A stretch of 63,850 nt of DNA, filler included, from Octopus bimaculoides (taxonomy: Eukaryota), in assembly GCF_001194135.2 (NCBI RefSeq). It is 6 parts of 6 records of this genome, joined end to end, with 100 filler letters (N's around TTAATTAATTAA, not from the genome) between each part and the next. Parts side by side here need not be neighbours in the genome. Positions count along the whole stretch, not along the records: positions 61,405 to 62,510 come from NW_026346042.1; positions 62,611 to 63,850 come from NC_068987.1; 4 more parts are not named here. The stretch is one strand, 5' to 3'. The position numbers and the translations under genes were made by a program. Each line of letters begins with the position of its first letter. Positions within the stretch are counted from its first letter, which is position 1. A model generated the notes under the pieces. The model saw nothing but the letters and a program-made list of their open reading frames with translations. It made no database searches and was not told the origin of the DNA. Shown here piece by piece: positions 61,625-63,850 of this stretch.

Positions 61625-62005
61625 CCCACAGTATGGTAGAAGCCATGGCCACTCATAATGAAAAGGAATACTGGTGGAATGTCCCAGTGAAGATCTCAAT
61701 AAAAAGTAAATTTAACAGACTTGATATAATGATTTGGGATAGAGAAGAGAAACTGCGTACAGTTGTGGAAATTAGTTGCCCAGCGGATGTTAACATAAAG
61801 CTGAAGATCAGTGAAGAAGAGAATATCTGTGCTGAAGTATTGAGAAATGTGCAGTTACTCTATTCAAATCACAAGTTCAGGTTTATACCTGTAATTATTT
61901 GGGCACTGAGATGTGTAACACACTGCCTATATACCAGTCTTGAGAAATTAGGCCTCTCAAAACCAGAAAGGAGAAAGCTAATTCGAAGACTACAGATCCA
62001 ATCCA
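61625..62005 (+). mobile_element. REL endonuclease fragment of an R4/Dong-like LINE
   Basis: NRLDIMIWDREEKLRTVVEISCPADVNI...FIPVIIWALRCV fits a decayed RPD..E..P.D..EK..KY..P+++GALG REL pattern. Confidence 0.6.
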
Positions 62006-62039
62006 TCCCTAGAAGAGCATGTCTAGATATGCAACTATC

Positions 62040-62248
62040 GCCTGACTGGCCTTCGTGCCGGTGGCACGTAAAAGCACCCACTACACTCTCTGAGTGGTTG
62101 GCGTTAGGAAGGGCATCCAGTTGTAGAAACTCTGCCAAATCAGATTGGAGCCTGGTGTAGCCATCCGGTTTCACCAGTCTTCAGTCAAATCGTCCAACCC
62201 ATGCTAGCATGGAAAGCGGACGTTAAACGATGATGATGATGATGATGA
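62040..62248 (+). mobile_element. Retroposon module D, well preserved
   Basis: GCCGGTGGCACGTAAAAGCACC...GTTGGCGTTAGGAAGGGCATCCAG...GGAAAGCGGACGTTAAAC(GAT)n. Confidence 0.85.
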
Positions 62249-62610
62249 ATAAGAATAAATACACAAAACAAAACATACAAATATGCACATACACGTACAT
62301 ACATACAAGCAAAAATACACTGTTGTTGATGTTGAAATTCCAATGAAGGAACTTTGGATCTAGTTTAGAAACCGGTTCTTTCTCTATCAGCAAGAAATCT
62401 TCAATTAAACAAAAATAATGACATGCATACATACATACATACACAAAAAATGCATAAACATAAGCGCTTCAGGTGACAAAAAAACAACAAACAAACAAAC
62501 TATTATTTTANNNNNNNNNNNNNNNNNNNNNNNNNNNNNNNNNNNNNNNNNNNNTTAATTAATTAANNNNNNNNNNNNNNNNNNNNNNNNNNNNNNNNNN
62601 NNNNNNNNNN

Positions 62611-62681
<71 letters not shown>

Positions 62682-63850
62682 TATATTATATATATTTATG
62701 GGTGTGTATGTGTATGTGTGAGTATGTGTGTATATATGTGTGTGTGTGAGTGTGGTGTGGTGTGTGTTTGTATTTACACATGTATATAGATACATTCATA
62801 TATAGTTACCTAGGTGTATTTATATAGGCATGTATATAAAGATATATATCTGTATATATATATGTATGTATATAGTTAAAAGAAATAATATTGCATTCGG
62901 GTATACACCCTGTACTATGCCGTATATATCAATATGTATAACTATACATACATTGGATAATACGTACATCCATACACATACAAACATATGTAAAAACCAT
63001 AAGGAAATAAATACAATAAGAGACCTGCCTTTGTTTAGTGTCAACAGTGGCTCTCCTATATCCATCTAAGTGATAATATACACAGATGAAAATAAGACTG
63101 GAGTCACATTTTTATATATAAACAATGATAACAGAAGCTGATAAACGAAGTATTATGGTACCCCGAGAATATGTTTTCACCTGAAACGATGCTCCCAACG
63201 GTTTAGTGAATTGCAAATAACAATGACAAAAAAAAAAAAAACGAAAAGAGAAAATTTGTTGCCCGTTGATGAATAAGTGAAACGCACAAAAGATTTATAC
63301 AAGTGCTTTTATCATAAGCTTTTCTTTTCCATCCTCCAGCTCTCTCTCTCTTTCCCTTCTGATTTTCTCTCTTTCTTCTTTCGTTTCTTTGTTTCTTTTC
63401 CTTTCTTTCTTTCTCACTCAATTTCCCTCAGTCTCTGTCTTTTCCCCCTCCCTTTCCTTTATTTCTTTCTTGTTTGTTGTTTTTTCTCGGCAATTTTATA
63501 TTTATTTCGTCATTAAGGAACTTAAGCTGTCACAATTCCTGTAGTTGTTTTGTAAATGTGAAAAATTGAAAGCAGTGAGACACTGTACATACAAAACATA
63601 GGCATTTACACACATACGTACACACACACTCACACACACAAACACACAAATAAACACAAGCACACACGCACTCACGCACGCACACACACACATACACTCA
63701 TATATCTCTATACATGTATATATACATGTATATATATATGTATATATATATGTGTGCATATATATATATATATATATACACACACAGAGATATATTCATA
63801 TACACACATGCATATATGTATATATGAATACATACATACATACATATATA

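Overview
AT-rich, microsatellite-dense eukaryotic scaffold with many N gaps. The SINE families, simple repeats and TE mix look like an octopod cephalopod, probably Octopus (pattern recognition, not a database result). No intact host protein-coding gene can be supported. Nearly all ORFs in the track come from microsatellites, gaps or decayed TEs. The window holds four recurring SINE modules (my working labels A-D) and remnants of mariner, maT (DD37D-like), a DD36E Tc1, a Chapaev3-like transposon, several MITEs, and CR1-like, Penelope-like, Hero-like, R4-like and L1/Tx1-like retroelements. Main highlights: (1) two minimal type I hammerhead ribozyme folds on the minus strand (11.24-11.34 kb and 47.59-47.71 kb) with long stem II inserts, plus a repeat family carrying hammerhead boxes in non-canonical order; (2) a triple nest at 33.6-39.6 kb, where a Hero-like LINE contains a miniature LTR (TRIM-like) element whose 3' LTR contains an ORF1-only retroelement, and the ORF1-only element's 3' stem-loop tail matches the SINE B tail with compensatory stem changes; (3) a Chapaev3-like element inside a DD36E Tc1. 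Coordinates were counted by hand, and the ends of decayed elements are approximate.
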